A stretch of DNA of 64,000 nucleotides from the human T2T-CHM13v2.0 reference genome, Homo sapiens. The notes below the pieces were generated by a model that saw only the letters and a list, made by a program, of their open reading frames with translations, did no database searches and had not been told where the DNA came from. A program made the position numbers and the translations under genes. Shown here piece by piece: positions 1 through 15,029 of this stretch; the stretch's first letter is position 1, and each line of letters begins with the position of its first letter. Location: assembly GCF_009914755.1 (NCBI RefSeq), contig NC_060941.1. One strand, written 5' to 3'.

Positions 1-49
1 AAGTGTCATTTTACCTAATCATTAGAACAACTTAGCAAGGCAAATAAAC

Positions 50-200
50 TTATTATCCTCATTTTAAAGATAAAGCAACTAAGACTCACAGATGTTTAAT
101 ATTTTGCCCTAGACTGTATAACTGATACCTGATGATATAATTAGTGAATTGAGGATTTGAACTCAGAAAGTCTGATCCTTCAGCCTGTGGTTTTAATCTG
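50..200 (-). mobile_element. MIR SINE fragment
   Basis: Degenerate MIR core in reverse orientation: TATTATCCTCATTTTAAAGAT...ACTAAGACTCACAGA...GGATTTGAACTCAG; boundaries approximate. Confidence 0.7.
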
Positions 201-285
201 TTACCTTTTCTATATTTTGTTATCTAGCTATTACTCTTATTATTAGATAATTTTATGCAAGAAAACCTAGGCTTTAGATCACAAA

Positions 286-462
286 TTCTCTTTTAATAAT
301 TCTGAAACAGGATAAAAATATTGTTCTAGGCATGTTCTCTACCTCCCAGTTTTGAGTATATTTTTGCCAGCAATAAGTTCTCTTTTAAGAATTCTGAAAC
401 AGGATAAAAATATTGTTCTAAGAATGTTCCCTACCTCCAAGTTTTCAGTAATTTTTGGCCAG
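286..462. repeat. Imperfect tandem duplication, period 92 bp
   Basis: TTCTCTTTTAA(T/G)AATTCTGAAACAGGATAAAAATATTGTTCTA... starts at both 286 and 378. Confidence 0.9.
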
Positions 463-496
463 AATTCTTCCAAATCCTCTGCATAAATAATTTGTA

Positions 497-662
497 TTTT
501 TCCCCTCTTCCCCCTCTTCTTCCTCCTCCTTTTCTCCTTCTTGTCCTTGTTCTTCCTCCTCCTTTTCTCCTTCTCATCCTTGTTCTTCCTCTTTCTCTCC
601 ATCTCTCTGACTGTGTCTCATTCTCCTTATACTCTCCCTCCTTCTTCCTCACTTTCCCATTC
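497..662. repeat. Pyrimidine-rich (CT/CCT/CTT) low-complexity tract
   Basis: Almost all C/T on the + strand; produces the spurious K/R/E-rich and P/L/F-rich ORFs. Confidence 0.9.
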
Positions 663-844
663 TTGTCAGAACTATATGCCTGTCTTTAGTGTATTTAGCC
701 ACAAGCTATGATTCTAGACTGTGCAGAGCTACCTGGAGTAGAGGCATTTGTTCTTGCTGAGCTCTAGATTATGTTCATAACTACCTCCATCACTCTGATA
801 CTTCCTATTCCCCAGCATAAACAGTAGAAATATGCACATTTAAT

Positions 845-846
845 AC

Positions 847-880
<34 letters not shown>
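845..880. repeat. (CA)n microsatellite
   Basis: Direct reading; one interruption. Confidence 0.95.
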
Positions 881-1291
881 GCAAGCAGAATCATGAAAGA
901 AACAGTTCTGAGGATGAATTAGAGCCACTGATTTAAACGTGGAATTACTGAAAACAGGAGACACCCTAAGTCAGCTACTTATACAAAGCAGGGGTATTTC
1001 TAACAGGACAGTCGGTAAAAGTTGCCTTCTCCCCTTGCTCCTTTTCTTTTTGCCTTCCTCAACTTCTCCAGGTGATTTTTTTTTTTCCCTTAAAGAAGCT
1101 CAATTCTTCCCTAGAGGTTACCACACTCTATGCCATTGGTTTCCCCAGCTGGTTGATTAAAATAATCCTTTTTCAATTTCCCCAACAAAAAGAGTTAGCT
1201 CTCCTCCACCTTACCCTTGAGGTCAAAGAATAGGTGGCCGGTGCAGTTTGAAAAAGTTTCATAGCGTTTCTAAGTAATTGCAGCTCTCAAT

Positions 1292-1680
<389 letters not shown>

Positions 1681-2827
1681 TTATTTCTTGATAAAAGAAT
1701 CTAACATGGCACTGTCTTGAATCAGCACCCTACTAGTGATTGTACAGAAATAAATGAAGGAAGAAAATCTGTAGGGCCTTGGGAACATTCTTTGGTTCTT
1801 GGACAAAATAATTCTTGTGCAAATGGTTACACTAAAGATTTCTTCTATTTAGGATCCTAGAAAGTTAAGAGTTAGAAAAAACATGATATCATTTAGCTCG
1901 ATGAATCCATTTTAGAGATTAGCAAATGAAGTTCCAGCCAAAGGAAATAACTTGTTTTACCGTGTGCCAGATATGACTGGTGACTAAGACAGGGCAAGAG
2001 TCCAGTTTTTCTAGTTCAAAAACAATTTTGTACAGGTCAGAGGAGTCTTTCTGAGAAATATGCTGGTATATCAGCAAGTTGCTAGTATCTTTCCCTGCTC
2101 ACTTCTCTTTTTGAAGTGTTGGGAAGACTTATTTTGGCACTAGGGCCTGAGAGCATCATCTTCTCATCCAATATTGCTCTGTTCACCTGTAACTCAGGTT
2201 TCAGAAAATATGATCCTCATGTTTTTCCTGTACTTGTATTAACTGCATCATACTTTATATCCTAAAGTAAAATAAGTCTTCACTTTGATAATTGGTTGAC
2301 TACTTGAGATATTTAATCCCAAAAGTCTCCTAAAGGTTTTTGCCTGTTCTGAATAGCAACATGCAACACCTCCTTATAATAATCCTAAGGCAATAAGAGT
2401 CCGACCAAGTACAGGAAAGAAGAGGGTGCAGTCATAGAGAGTCTGAAGACAAATTATAAGATAAAATCTTGTGCATCTCACTGTTTAGTCTCAATGTTTA
2501 GACTCCATTAAATTAATATGCAGGAACATCGAAGGGGCATCAATTGTAGATGGAAAGTTAAAGGACCAGACAAATGACTGTGTGTATGCACATGAGAATA
2601 TTACAGGTTTAGTTTTGAAGCCTGGCTTTGTCCTTGGGCTGCTGTAGGACCTTGGGCAAGGATCTTAAGCTCCCCAGGTAAGAAATAAATGTTAGCACTT
2701 ATTACTATAATAATAATTATTAAATAATTTGTACTCAAGAAAGACAGATTGAGAGGTTTTCTGACTTCGGTTTAAATCCTAAATCTTTACTGTTTGATGT
2801 CATTGTAGTTAAGTAGATGGTTTCCAG

Positions 2828-2874
2828 GTGTGTGTGTGTGTGTGCATGTGTGTGTGTGTGCATGTGTGTGTGTG
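2828..2874. repeat. (TG)n microsatellite with CA interruptions
   Basis: Direct reading. Confidence 0.95.
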
Positions 2875-4345
2875 TTTTAACCAAAGCTTTGCTTTGTAAT
2901 GAATGACAGCGTGCTCCTTGTTTACATTGTTTAGAATGGTGCTAATATTTATTTTAGTGCCTTTAATATTATTTTGTTCAATCATTTCCTGAATTAATAT
3001 TTGTTTACAAGGACTGATAATTTTATACCTTTGTTCAGAACGACAGAAATCTCAAAAGTTTTACAACATCTATACCTACAGGATGTCAGATTATCCACCC
3101 TTAGATATAAATACATACACATACCTGGGTAGGTATTTCCAGGTGTGAAAGCACAAGTGGAGCATTTTGGAAATCTAGTTGACTTGGTCAGGCTATTAGG
3201 ACTGCCATTCAACCCGGAACAAAGACTCAACAATTGGTATTTAGTACACATTAAAGAATGCATGAAAAATGATCACCTTTATCTTTGATTCTCCCTTTTC
3301 ACCTAAATGACTACAATACCCAACTTTATCCAGTGCTATATGTCTCTCATACAGACAAGTCTAGCCATGATTTGACACTGGATTTGGACTACAGGACCTG
3401 TGACTTTCTAGGCATTGTACAAATACTGAACTAGATTTGTACATCTACAGATTGAAAGCCAGGATGTGATAAAGTTCTGGTTACAAATTTACAGAATGGC
3501 GAAGATACAAAGAATAGAAGAAGTCAAAACAAAACAAAACGAAATGAAAAAGACCATCTATCTCCTTCAGGGATTTCAGCCTTCAGATGTAGAAATTCAA
3601 GCTTTGAACGATGAACAGGGAATGCTGGAGAAGCCTGAAAGGGCTGAGTCTTCTATTGATAAGACGGATAACTAATAAGTATAACTTTACTTGGTGGTCC
3701 ACATAAGACATTCATGAAACTCACTATTCCTTACTCCAGGTGATATCAACAGCACAGCAGAAATACATTCCTATTCTTGGAGCCATAGAGGGAGAGGATG
3801 CCTTCTTATTGCTCTTTTCTGCCTACTTAGAGGTTCTTGTAGTCTTCCTGAGAATCTGACACCTTTGAGATTCTAACAGAAGCAGCTTTCCAAGGCTGTT
3901 TCCAGAGGTCAACCATAATTCAGTGCCAGCCTTTTGCTTTGCAATTATATTAAGCCTCAAAAAATGAAAGTTGGGCTATTTTACCCTCCTGTCCAGTCTT
4001 TGCAAATTCTTCCAGTGGCTCCCCTATTGTCCAACTCCTTGTATGGCTGTCAAAGCCTTTCACATCTTTCTTTTGCTCATCTCTTATATATTTGGTGGCA
4101 TTCTTTATTGACCCTGCACTCAACCACTCTCAGCCTCTTGCAGTTCTGTCAACTCATGATTTCATACCTGTTTTGTGCTGTTTCTCTCTCTCTTTTTTAT
4201 TTTAAGTTCTAGGGTACATGTGCACAACGTGCAGGTTTGTTACATATGTATACATGTGCCATGTTGTATTGACCCTGCACTCAACCACTCTCAGCCTCTT
4301 GCAGTTCTGTCAACTCATGATTTCATACCTGTTTTGTGCTGTTTC

Positions 4346-6416
<2,071 letters not shown>

Positions 6417-6639
6417 TAGTCATTTCTTACTCTCAGTGTTAGTGTGATCTTCCCCAGTAAGTCCTTCCCGCAGAAGGAAATGAGTAGTCCCTCTTTTGGT
6501 TCTCTTATGGTCCCAAAACATAGAACCATCGCAGCCCCTACAATTGTTAACCATATCATCTTTGTTTATATGTTTGTCTTCCCTACTATGCTGTACCTTT
6601 CTTGAGTGAAAGACTAAATCTATATCCTTTTATAGTAGA

Positions 6640-6790
6640 GTCCGCAGACAACATGAATCAAATTTCTTCAGTTCCGCCCCAAACTTATTATAAATCAAGT
6701 TATGTGGAGAGGTTGAAGAAAATCTCAGAATCTGCGTTATAACAATTACCAGATAATTTTAATGCAAACGAGTTAGAGCAACACTGAACT
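6640..6790. mobile_element. MER5-like hAT-Charlie fossil within L2-like sequence
   Basis: GAATCTGCGTTATAACAA...TTTAATGCAAAC...GAGCAACACTG resembles the MER5 terminus. Confidence 0.5.
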
Positions 6791-7050
6791 ATATTGTTTA
6801 TTTCTCTACTCAGTTTGTCTAGCATAGTGCTTGCAATACTTGTTTGAATGAATGTTAAATGAAAGAGAAGATGAATGGATAAGACATCTCAAGTATATTC
6901 ATATGTAATCCCTATGTGATGTGGAGGACTCCCTGTCCCTTTGTAAAATTCCCTAATTAAAATCAGATCTAACTACAGGTTTCCTGCTCCGTAGAAGTCT
7001 AAAGACCTTGCCTGTAGTAACAATTCTTGAGGGCCTCTGCTCTTACAGTC

Positions 7051-7828
7051 TCTAATGATTAATTTATGTGTCAACTTGACTAGATTAAGGGACTCTTTTA
7101 GATGGTAAAGCATTATTTCTGGATGTGGCTGTGAGCATGTTTCCAGAAAAGATTGGCACTAGAGTCAGTGGACTGAGTAAAGAAGATCTGTCCTCTCCCA
7201 ATGTGGACAGGTACAGTAAAGTCAGCTGAAGGCCCACATAGAACAAAACAACAGAATGAAAGGCCAGTTCTTGTTTGTTTGCTTTCTTTCTCTCTTTCTC
7301 TCTCTCTTTCTTTTTCTTTCTTTCTTTCTTTTTCTTTCTTTCTTTTTTCTTTCTTTCTTTCCTTTCTTTTTCTTTTCTTTTCCTTTCTTTCTTTCTTTCT
7401 CTTTCTTTCTTTCTTTTTCTCTCTTTCTCTTTCTTTCTCTTTCCCTCTCTCTCTCTTTCTCTTTCTCCCTCTCCCCTCTCTCTCTCCCCTCTCCCCTCTC
7501 TCTCCTGGATTTGGGTCACTGATATTCTCCTGCTCTTGGGCATCGGAACTCCAGATTCTCAGGCCTTCAGCCTCAGACTGAAAGCTACACAGTTGCCTTC
7601 CCTGGTTCTGAGGCCGAGCCATGCTATTGGCTAGGCTGGTTCTCCAGCTTGCAGACTATCACAGGACTTCTCGGCCTCCATAATTATGTGAGCCAATTCC
7701 TCTAATGAATCCCTGCTCATATATCTACATCGATGTAATGTATATCTCTATATTTGTATCTGTATCTATAGCTGCATCTATATCTATATCTATCCATATC
7801 CTATTGGCTCTGTCTCTTTAGAGACATG
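7051..7828 (+). mobile_element. MLT2 (ERVL) solo LTR, MLT2B-like
   Basis: 5' ATGATTAATTTATGTGTCAACTTGACT...GGACTGAGTAAAGAAGATC; 3' TATCCTATTGGCTCTGTCTC with the typical internal (TATC)-type repeat. Confidence 0.85.
7272..7503. repeat. (TTTC)n/(TC)n polypyrimidine expansion inside the MLT2
   Basis: About 220 bp purely C/T after a short TTTG run. Confidence 0.95.
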
Positions 7829-8041
7829 GTCCCTGATGCTTCCCACTCTGTTGTTGGTACAAGTACATTCTGTTTTGCTCCACATCATCTCAGACACAAA
7901 AAATCAATTATTCTATCAGTTTCTATGAGAAATACATTTACATGTAGCATTTTGTGTTTAGTAGATTTGCTGAACATTATGGATGTTATGGGAAAGGAGT
8001 CACACCATGGAAATCTTTTAATTTCTTCTCTCCTGACAAGA

Positions 8042-8085
8042 TTTTATCCTTATTAAGCATAGCTTTTATCCTTATTAAGCATAGC
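8042..8085. repeat. Perfect 22-bp tandem duplication
   Basis: TTTTATCCTTATTAAGCATAGC x2. Confidence 0.95.
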
Positions 8086-8894
8086 TTTTAATCTCTCTTC
8101 AGTACTCACCTTGAAACATACCCAGTTAAACTCACCTAACCAATGTCAACTCTAGTTGCTCAGTAAACAACATAGGCTGTTTCATTGATCCCCCATCCTA
8201 AGGTAATTGAAAGTTCATTTTTTGTTACAGACTTAATTCTTTCTTTCACACTTCTACACCCCCTGCAGGAATGATAGAGAGAACTTTCTTTGAATCACGT
8301 GGCTTAATTTTCCATGATGCCCTAGAGTAAACAGAAGGGGTGGTTCAGCAGGTAAAGAGTTAAACTTTGCAAGATTCACATATGGAGCAGCTTAGCCAAA
8401 AGTCCAAGCTTGGGTTCTTTGTTGGTAGGAAGAATGAGGGGGAAAAAGACAGGAACATAGCAAATCCATGTCTTGTCTAACAGGATGCTGAGCCTTCTGT
8501 TCTATTTCCAACTCTCATTTCTTGCACACTCCTCAATTGAATTCTTGTCAGGTTTTCCTTGCATTTGGCTGAACCCGGAAATCCAGATATGCACATCATA
8601 AGTTGATGAGTCCAGACGTTTAGTGGAAATTAGTTTACTCGTCGCTTTGACTGACTCTGTTTAATTCACAAGGCCAGTAAGCCCTGGAGTGCCCCAGACA
8701 CAGAGGTAATTTGAAACACATAAAGGAAAGCTAGCCTTGGGTTGGATTGGTTGTCATGGTGATATTGTGGGCCACTGAGATACCTGCACTTGACCATACT
8801 ATAGGGAAAAACTATTTTCAAAGCTTAAAGCTAAACTTTTTATCATTCTGTATTACTGTTATTATTGTTACTTTATTCAATGAGGCATAAGAAA

Positions 8895-9095
8895 ACACAT
8901 TAGGCAGTTATACAGACTGGAGTTTAAATCCATTTCTGCTACTCACTAATCTGTGACTCTGGCAAACTAACCTACCTATGCCTCAGTTTTTGCATTTTAC
9001 AAAGATGATAACAATAACATCTAGATTATTAGATTTAACGAGGGTTTAATAAGATAAATGCATAAAAAGCACATGGCAGGTTGCTAATAAATAAC
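8895..9095 (+). mobile_element. MIR SINE
   Basis: CTGTGACTCTGGCAAA...TGCCTCAGTTTTTGCAT...GATAACAATAA MIR core. Confidence 0.75.
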
Positions 9096-9879
9096 TGACT
9101 CCTGTTCCTCTCCATTGTCCTTGTCCTCTTTAGTTCTGAGATTATTTTATCAATTAGGCCCATCATTCATCTATGAAAGTTTATGCTCAGGCATAGAGAT
9201 ATCTAAGGAGGAGGAGTACACATGTATGTGTGTGTGTGTATGTACATAAACATATATACAGGAAGCAGAGGGATTACCTTTTCCTTTGTTTCAAAACATA
9301 TTTGAACACAATAGAATAATGGTGGTTAGGTGGTCAGTTTTATTTATTGTACTGTGTGTTGTTTATAGTTTTCAAAATGATTTCATGGCTAGTATTTCAT
9401 TGATTTTACAATAACTCTCCAAATTAGGTAATGTAGTTGTTTCTGTTTTATAGAAGGAGAACAGAGGGTCTCAATGGCTTTCCCAAGTTCATTCTTCAAG
9501 GAAGGGATAGAAAGAACTCAATGTATTTCTAACCAGTGACACTTACTCACACTTGGATGCGAGTTGTGATATTTTTTATTTAGTTTAGATTAAACCTAGT
9601 TCAGTTCTCCTTCCACCAAGGTTGGCAGGCAGTACAGCAACAGTCATCTTTCAAGGTTGCTTTCCCTTTCTTTGGATAAAACAAAGACTCCTGAGATAGG
9701 GTCATGACATTTTGCCATAGTGGTCACTAATGCCATTGCCAGTTGCCCAGGCTTCGTGATCTTGAGGGCAGGAAGCTCCCTTGGTACACCATTCCCTCCT
9801 GCATTAGTTCAGACATGGGAACTGTTTGCCTGATCTCTCGAGGCCTTTCCTCAGTGGCCACTATCACAGACTTCCACAT

Positions 9880-10277
9880 AGGTTATCTATTGCTGTCAAA
9901 CAAACTACCCCAAAACTTGCTTCTGCTGAGATGACTCAAATGGCTGGAGTTGGAACAATGGGGGGCCTGGCTGGGCCTCTCTCTCTGTCCGTCTCTTTTT
10001 TCCTGTCTCTATCTGACTTCTTCCTTACATAGCTGTATTGGGCTTTCACACAGCAGAAGCAGCTTCCAGGTAATCAGGGCTCTGGGTTCCAAATATGTTC
10101 CAAGAACAGGTGGTAGAACATGTTTCTAAAGTATGAACCTAAAATTTGAGACATCACTTTCTGTTGGTCAAAGCAGCCCCACAACTTGCCCAGATTCAAG
10201 AGAAGAAGTCATAGATCATACCACTAGGTGGGAGGAGTGTCCAAAAATTTGCATCAGTCTTTAATTTGCTATACCAT
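9880..10277. mobile_element. Old MaLR LTR (MLT1 family)
   Basis: GTTATCTATTGCTG...AAACTACCCCAAAACTT start and CTGTTGGTCAAAGCAG...CCCAGATTCAAG...GGGAGGAGTG end resemble MLT1H-L LTRs. Confidence 0.65.
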
Positions 10278-11229
10278 GTTTCTGAGATTCTCTGACCTAT
10301 AGGAAATTACATTCCACTTTGCTTAGATGTCTACTCACCATAAATGAGGTATCTTTGAAGCACATTTATCTTTGAAGAATAATGCCTTCATTTTAACACC
10401 TCATCCTTTGTCTCATGGTGAATGAGATTTAACCTCTTATTAGGAAGTAGCTGATAATCACATAGCTAGGTGTCATTTCCTAAAACTGCAAAAGGTTCTC
10501 TCACTTCTCTGTGTTGGGGCTGTCAGCAGGAGATGTTTTTATGTGTTGTGATAAGTAAAATGATTCTTCTAAATTAGGCTCCCATGCCTCAGCCCAGCAA
10601 GACTTAATCATCTGAGTTTTTATATTGTGATAATTTTTGTTTTAAATCCTCTTGTTAGATGTAAGTATTATGAGTACTGACTGAATGAATGGGTAAATGA
10701 ATGAATGAGAGTAAGCAGTGCTGAAGGGATGCACATCTGTCTTTTCTAACAAGAATAGCATTAATTTACAGTGTTAGGTACTAAGTCTCTTGTCTATGTC
10801 AACATGGACCTCACCCTGTCCTCAAGCTGCTTATATTTTCATAGTTTACTAATGTAAAACACGTAAAATCAGGTGTGAGGTTCTCAATGCAGACTTCCAA
10901 GAAATGGCAGCTGGCTTTGTTTTCTCTCCTGTAATAAGACTTTAACTGCCAACTCACTGTGATAATGAAGTCATTGTTAATTCTTAGATGGTAATCCCTC
11001 AGGCAAATCTGTTTAAAGCACTAATTTCTGAGATAGCTCAAAACAGACAACAAATTCTACTTTTCATAAAAATTCAATGGAACACTGAGCCAAAGGCAGG
11101 ACAGATGTTGCCCTTATGAAATGATCAGTGGAAGACTTGCTAAAAGTTCATTTATAGGTACCTTATTTTGTGTAACATGCTTGTTAGTAATGCTCGGAAT
11201 GTCTCACTAATGAGCTGTTTCAGTTGTTT

Positions 11230-11312
11230 CTAGATCTTGAGTGGAACCGTGAAATCTGCATTCTTAACAAGCTCCTTAGAGGATTCTGTTGCACACGAAT
11301 GTTTGAGACAGT
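11230..11312. mobile_element. MER5A/B fragment
   Basis: AATCTGCATTCTTAACAAGCTCC...GATTCTGTTGCACAC...GTTTGAGA. Confidence 0.65.
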
Positions 11313-11344
11313 ATATTGAACATGCACACTCATCCACATATATA

Positions 11345-11419
11345 TTAAATTGGTGCAAAAGTAATTGCTGTTTTGCCATCACTTTCAATGGCATCACTTT
11401 CAGTCAGGCACCAACCTAA
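11345..11419. mobile_element. MADE1 (Hsmar1-derived MITE) with a damaged right arm
   Basis: TTAAATTGGTGCAAAAGTAATTGCTGTTTTGCCA...GCACCAACCTAA, flanked by TA on both sides. Confidence 0.9.
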
Positions 11420-13777
11420 TACATATATAGTTGCACAAATAAATAGATGCCAGTGTTTTCCAAAAACATAGAAAGGGGCCAAGGGAAGGTGAAGTGGGAT
11501 AGTGAAAGGCTGATGGAGGAAAGAATAATATCTAACTAACCTGATCTTCTGACTTTAATTTTATCCTCTCTCTATTCCATTTTCCTTTATGCCAGGATAC
11601 TTTTTTAAACTGCAAATCTAGTCACACACTTTTGCACAGAATCTTCAATAGTGACAGTTTCTTATTACATGTGGAAGGAAGTCTAAATAACCGATCATGT
11701 TTATTTATTGGGACACTTCCCACCTTCTGAGACCCATTTTTAAAATTTTTTATTTTAATTTTTGTGGGTACATAGTAGGTACATAGTACATACATATTTT
11801 AATTTATGTGGGTACATAGTATTAAAATAAAAATTATTTTAATTTTTGTGGGTACATATATATATATGGGGTCCATGAAATGTTTTGATACAGGCATGCA
11901 ATGAACAATAATCACATAATAGAAAATGGGGTAGCCATCTCCTCAAGCACTTATCCTTTATATTACAAACAATCCAATTATACTATTTTAGTTAAATGTA
12001 CAATTAAGTTACCATTGACTACAGTCACCCTATTGTGCTATATAATAGTAGGTCTTATTCTTTCTACGTTTTTCGTACCCATTAACCATCCCCATCCCCA
12101 CCTCCCCAGCCCCCGACTACCCTTTCCAGCCTCTAGTAACCATCCTTCTGCTCTCTATGTTCAATTGTTTTGATTTTTAGATTCCACAAATAAATGAGAG
12201 CATGTGATATTTGTCATGGTGTATTTAACTTAATGTAATGATCTCCAGTTTCATCCATGTTGTTTGCAAATGACAGGATCTCATTCTTTTTTATGGCCGA
12301 ATAGTACTTCATTGTGTATGTACCACATTTTCTTTATCCATTCATCTGGTGATGGATACTTAGGTTGCTTCTAAATCTTAGCTATTGTAAACAGTGCTTC
12401 AAAGGCAGGACAAAAATAGGAGAGCACATATGTCTCTGACATACTAATTTCCTTTTTTGGGGTACATACCCAGAAGTGGGATTGCTGGATTATATGGTAG
12501 CTCTATTTTTATTTTTTTGAGGAACCTTTAAACTGTTCTCCATAGTGGTTGTACTAGCAGCTTACATTCCCACCAACAATGTACAAGGCTTCCCTTTTCT
12601 CCACATCCTTGCTAACTTTTGTTATTGCCTATCTTTTGCATGTAAGCCATTTTAACTGAGGTGAGATGATATCTCACTGTAGTTCTGATTCACTCTGATG
12701 ATCAATGATGTTGAGCACCTCTTAATATGTCTGTTTACCATTTGTATGTCTTCTTTTGAGAAGTGTTTATTCAGATCTTTTGCCCGTTTTAGATCAGATT
12801 ATTGTATTTTTTCCTATAGAGTTATTTGAGCTCCTTATATATTCTGGCTATTAATCCCTTGTCAGATGGGTAGTTTCAAATATGTTCTCTCATTCTATGG
12901 ATTGTCACTTCACTTTGTTGATTGTTTCCTTTGCTGTGCAGAAGTTTTGGATGTGATCCAATTTGTCCATTTTTACTTTGGTCACCTGTGCTTGTGGGGT
13001 ATTACTCAGGACATTTTTGCCCAGAAAAATGTCCTGCAGATTTTGTCTAATGTTTTCTTGTAGTAGTTTCAGAGTCTGTGGTCTTAGACTTAGTTATTTA
13101 ATCCATTTTTTGATTTTTGTATGTGGTGAGATAAAGGAGTCTATCTGCATATGGATATCCAGTTGTCCCAGCGCCATTTATTGAAGAGACCATCCTATCC
13201 CCAGTGTATATTCATGCTACCTTTGTCAAAAGTGAGTTCACTGTAGGTGTGTGGATTTGTTTCTGGGTTCTCTATTCTGTTCCATTGGTGTATGTGTCTG
13301 TTTTTATGCCAGTACCATACTGTTTTTGTTGCCATAGCCCTGTAGTATAATTTGAAGTCAGGTAATATGATTCCTCCAGGTTTGTTCTTTTTTCTTAGCA
13401 CAGCTTTGGCTATTCTGGGTCTTTTGTGGTTCCATAGAAATTTTAGGATTGCTTTTTCTATTTCTGTGAAGAATTTCATTGGTATTTTGATAGAAACTGC
13501 ATAGAATCTATAGATTGCTTTGTGTAATATGAACATTTTAACAACATTGATTCTTCTAATCAATATGGGATATTTTCATATTTTTTGGTGTCCTCTTCAA
13601 TTTCTTTCATGAGTGTTTTATAGTTCACATTACAGAGATCTTTCACTTATTTGAATAAAATTATTTGATATTTAATTTAATTTGTGGCTATTACAAATTA
13701 GATTACTTTTTTATTACTTTTCCAGATTGTTTATATTTTTAATACAGAAATGCTACTGATTTTTGTATGTTGATTTT

Positions 13778-14141
13778 TTTTTTATTTTATTATTATTATA
13801 CTTTAAGTTTTAGGGTACATGTACACAATGTGCAGGTTAGGTACATATGTATACATGTGCCATGCTGGTGTGCTGCACCCATTAACTCGTCATTTAGCAT
13901 TAGGTATATCTCCTAATGCTATCCCCCCTCCCCCCACCCCACAACAGTCCCCAGAGTGTGATATTCCCCTTCCTGTGTCCATGTGTTCTCACTGTTCAAT
14001 TCCCACCTATGAGTGAGAACATGCGGTGTTTGGTTTTTTGTCCTTGTGGTAGTTTACTGAGAATGATGATTTCCAATTTCATCCATGTCCCTACAAAGGA
14101 CATGAACTCATCATTTTTTATGGCTGCATAGTATTCCATGG
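13778..14141 (-). mobile_element. Short 5'-truncated L1PA2/3 nested in the L1MA
   Basis: Diagnostic CATTTAGCATTAGGTATATCTCC and CATGCTGGTGTGCTGCACCC; TSD TGTATGTTGATTTT at 13764 and 14142. Confidence 0.92.
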
Positions 14142-15029
14142 TGTATGTTGATTTTGTATCCTGCAACTTTACTGAATTTGTTTGAGTTCTAATAGTTCGT
14201 CTGTATAATCTTTAGGATTTTTCAAATATAAGATCATATCATCTGTACACAAGGATAATTTGACTTCTTTTATTCTAATATGGATGCCCTTTATATCTTT
14301 CTCTTGTCTGATTGCTCTAGCCAAGACTTTAAGTACTATTTTGAATAACAGTGGTAACAGTGGGCATGTTCCAGATCTTAGAGGAAAGGCTTTCATTTCC
14401 TCCCTATACAGTATGATACTAGCTGTAGGTCTGTCATATATGGCTTTTATTATATTGAGGTATGTTCCCTCTATAACCACTTTTTTAGTATTTTTATTAG
14501 GAAGGGATATTGAATTTTACCAAATGTTTTTTCTTCATTGATTGAAATGATCACATAGTTTCTGTCCTTCATTCTGTTGATGTAATGTATCACATTGATT
14601 GATTTGCATATGTTGAAGTATCCTTGCATCTCAGGGATAAATCCCACTTTGTCACGATAAATGAGCAAATGTATTGTTGGATTCACTATTGAGGATTTTT
14701 GCATCAATAGTCTTCAGAGATATTGGCCTGTAGTTTTCTTTTTTTCTTTTTTGTTTTGATGTGTCTTTGATTTTGGTATCAGGGTAATACTGGCCTCATA
14801 TAATTAGTTTGGAAGTATTCCCTCCTTCTCTATTTTTTGGAATAGTTTGAGTAGGATTTGCATTAGTTCTTATTTAAATGTTTGGTAGAATTCAGGAATG
14901 AAGCCTCTGGATCCCAGGCTTTTTTTTACAGGAAAACTTTTTATTATGGCTTCAATCTCATTACTTGTTAATGGTCAGTTCAAGATGCATCATAAGATGG
15001 TTTACTTGATGGGCACTTATAGGTATTCA

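Noticed and set aside
339-689. K/R/E-rich and P/L/F-rich ORFs
   Set aside because: Translations of a CT-rich low-complexity tract
7085-7634. Several 88-169 aa overlapping ORFs
   Set aside because: Stop-free reading of the (TTTC)n expansion inside an LTR
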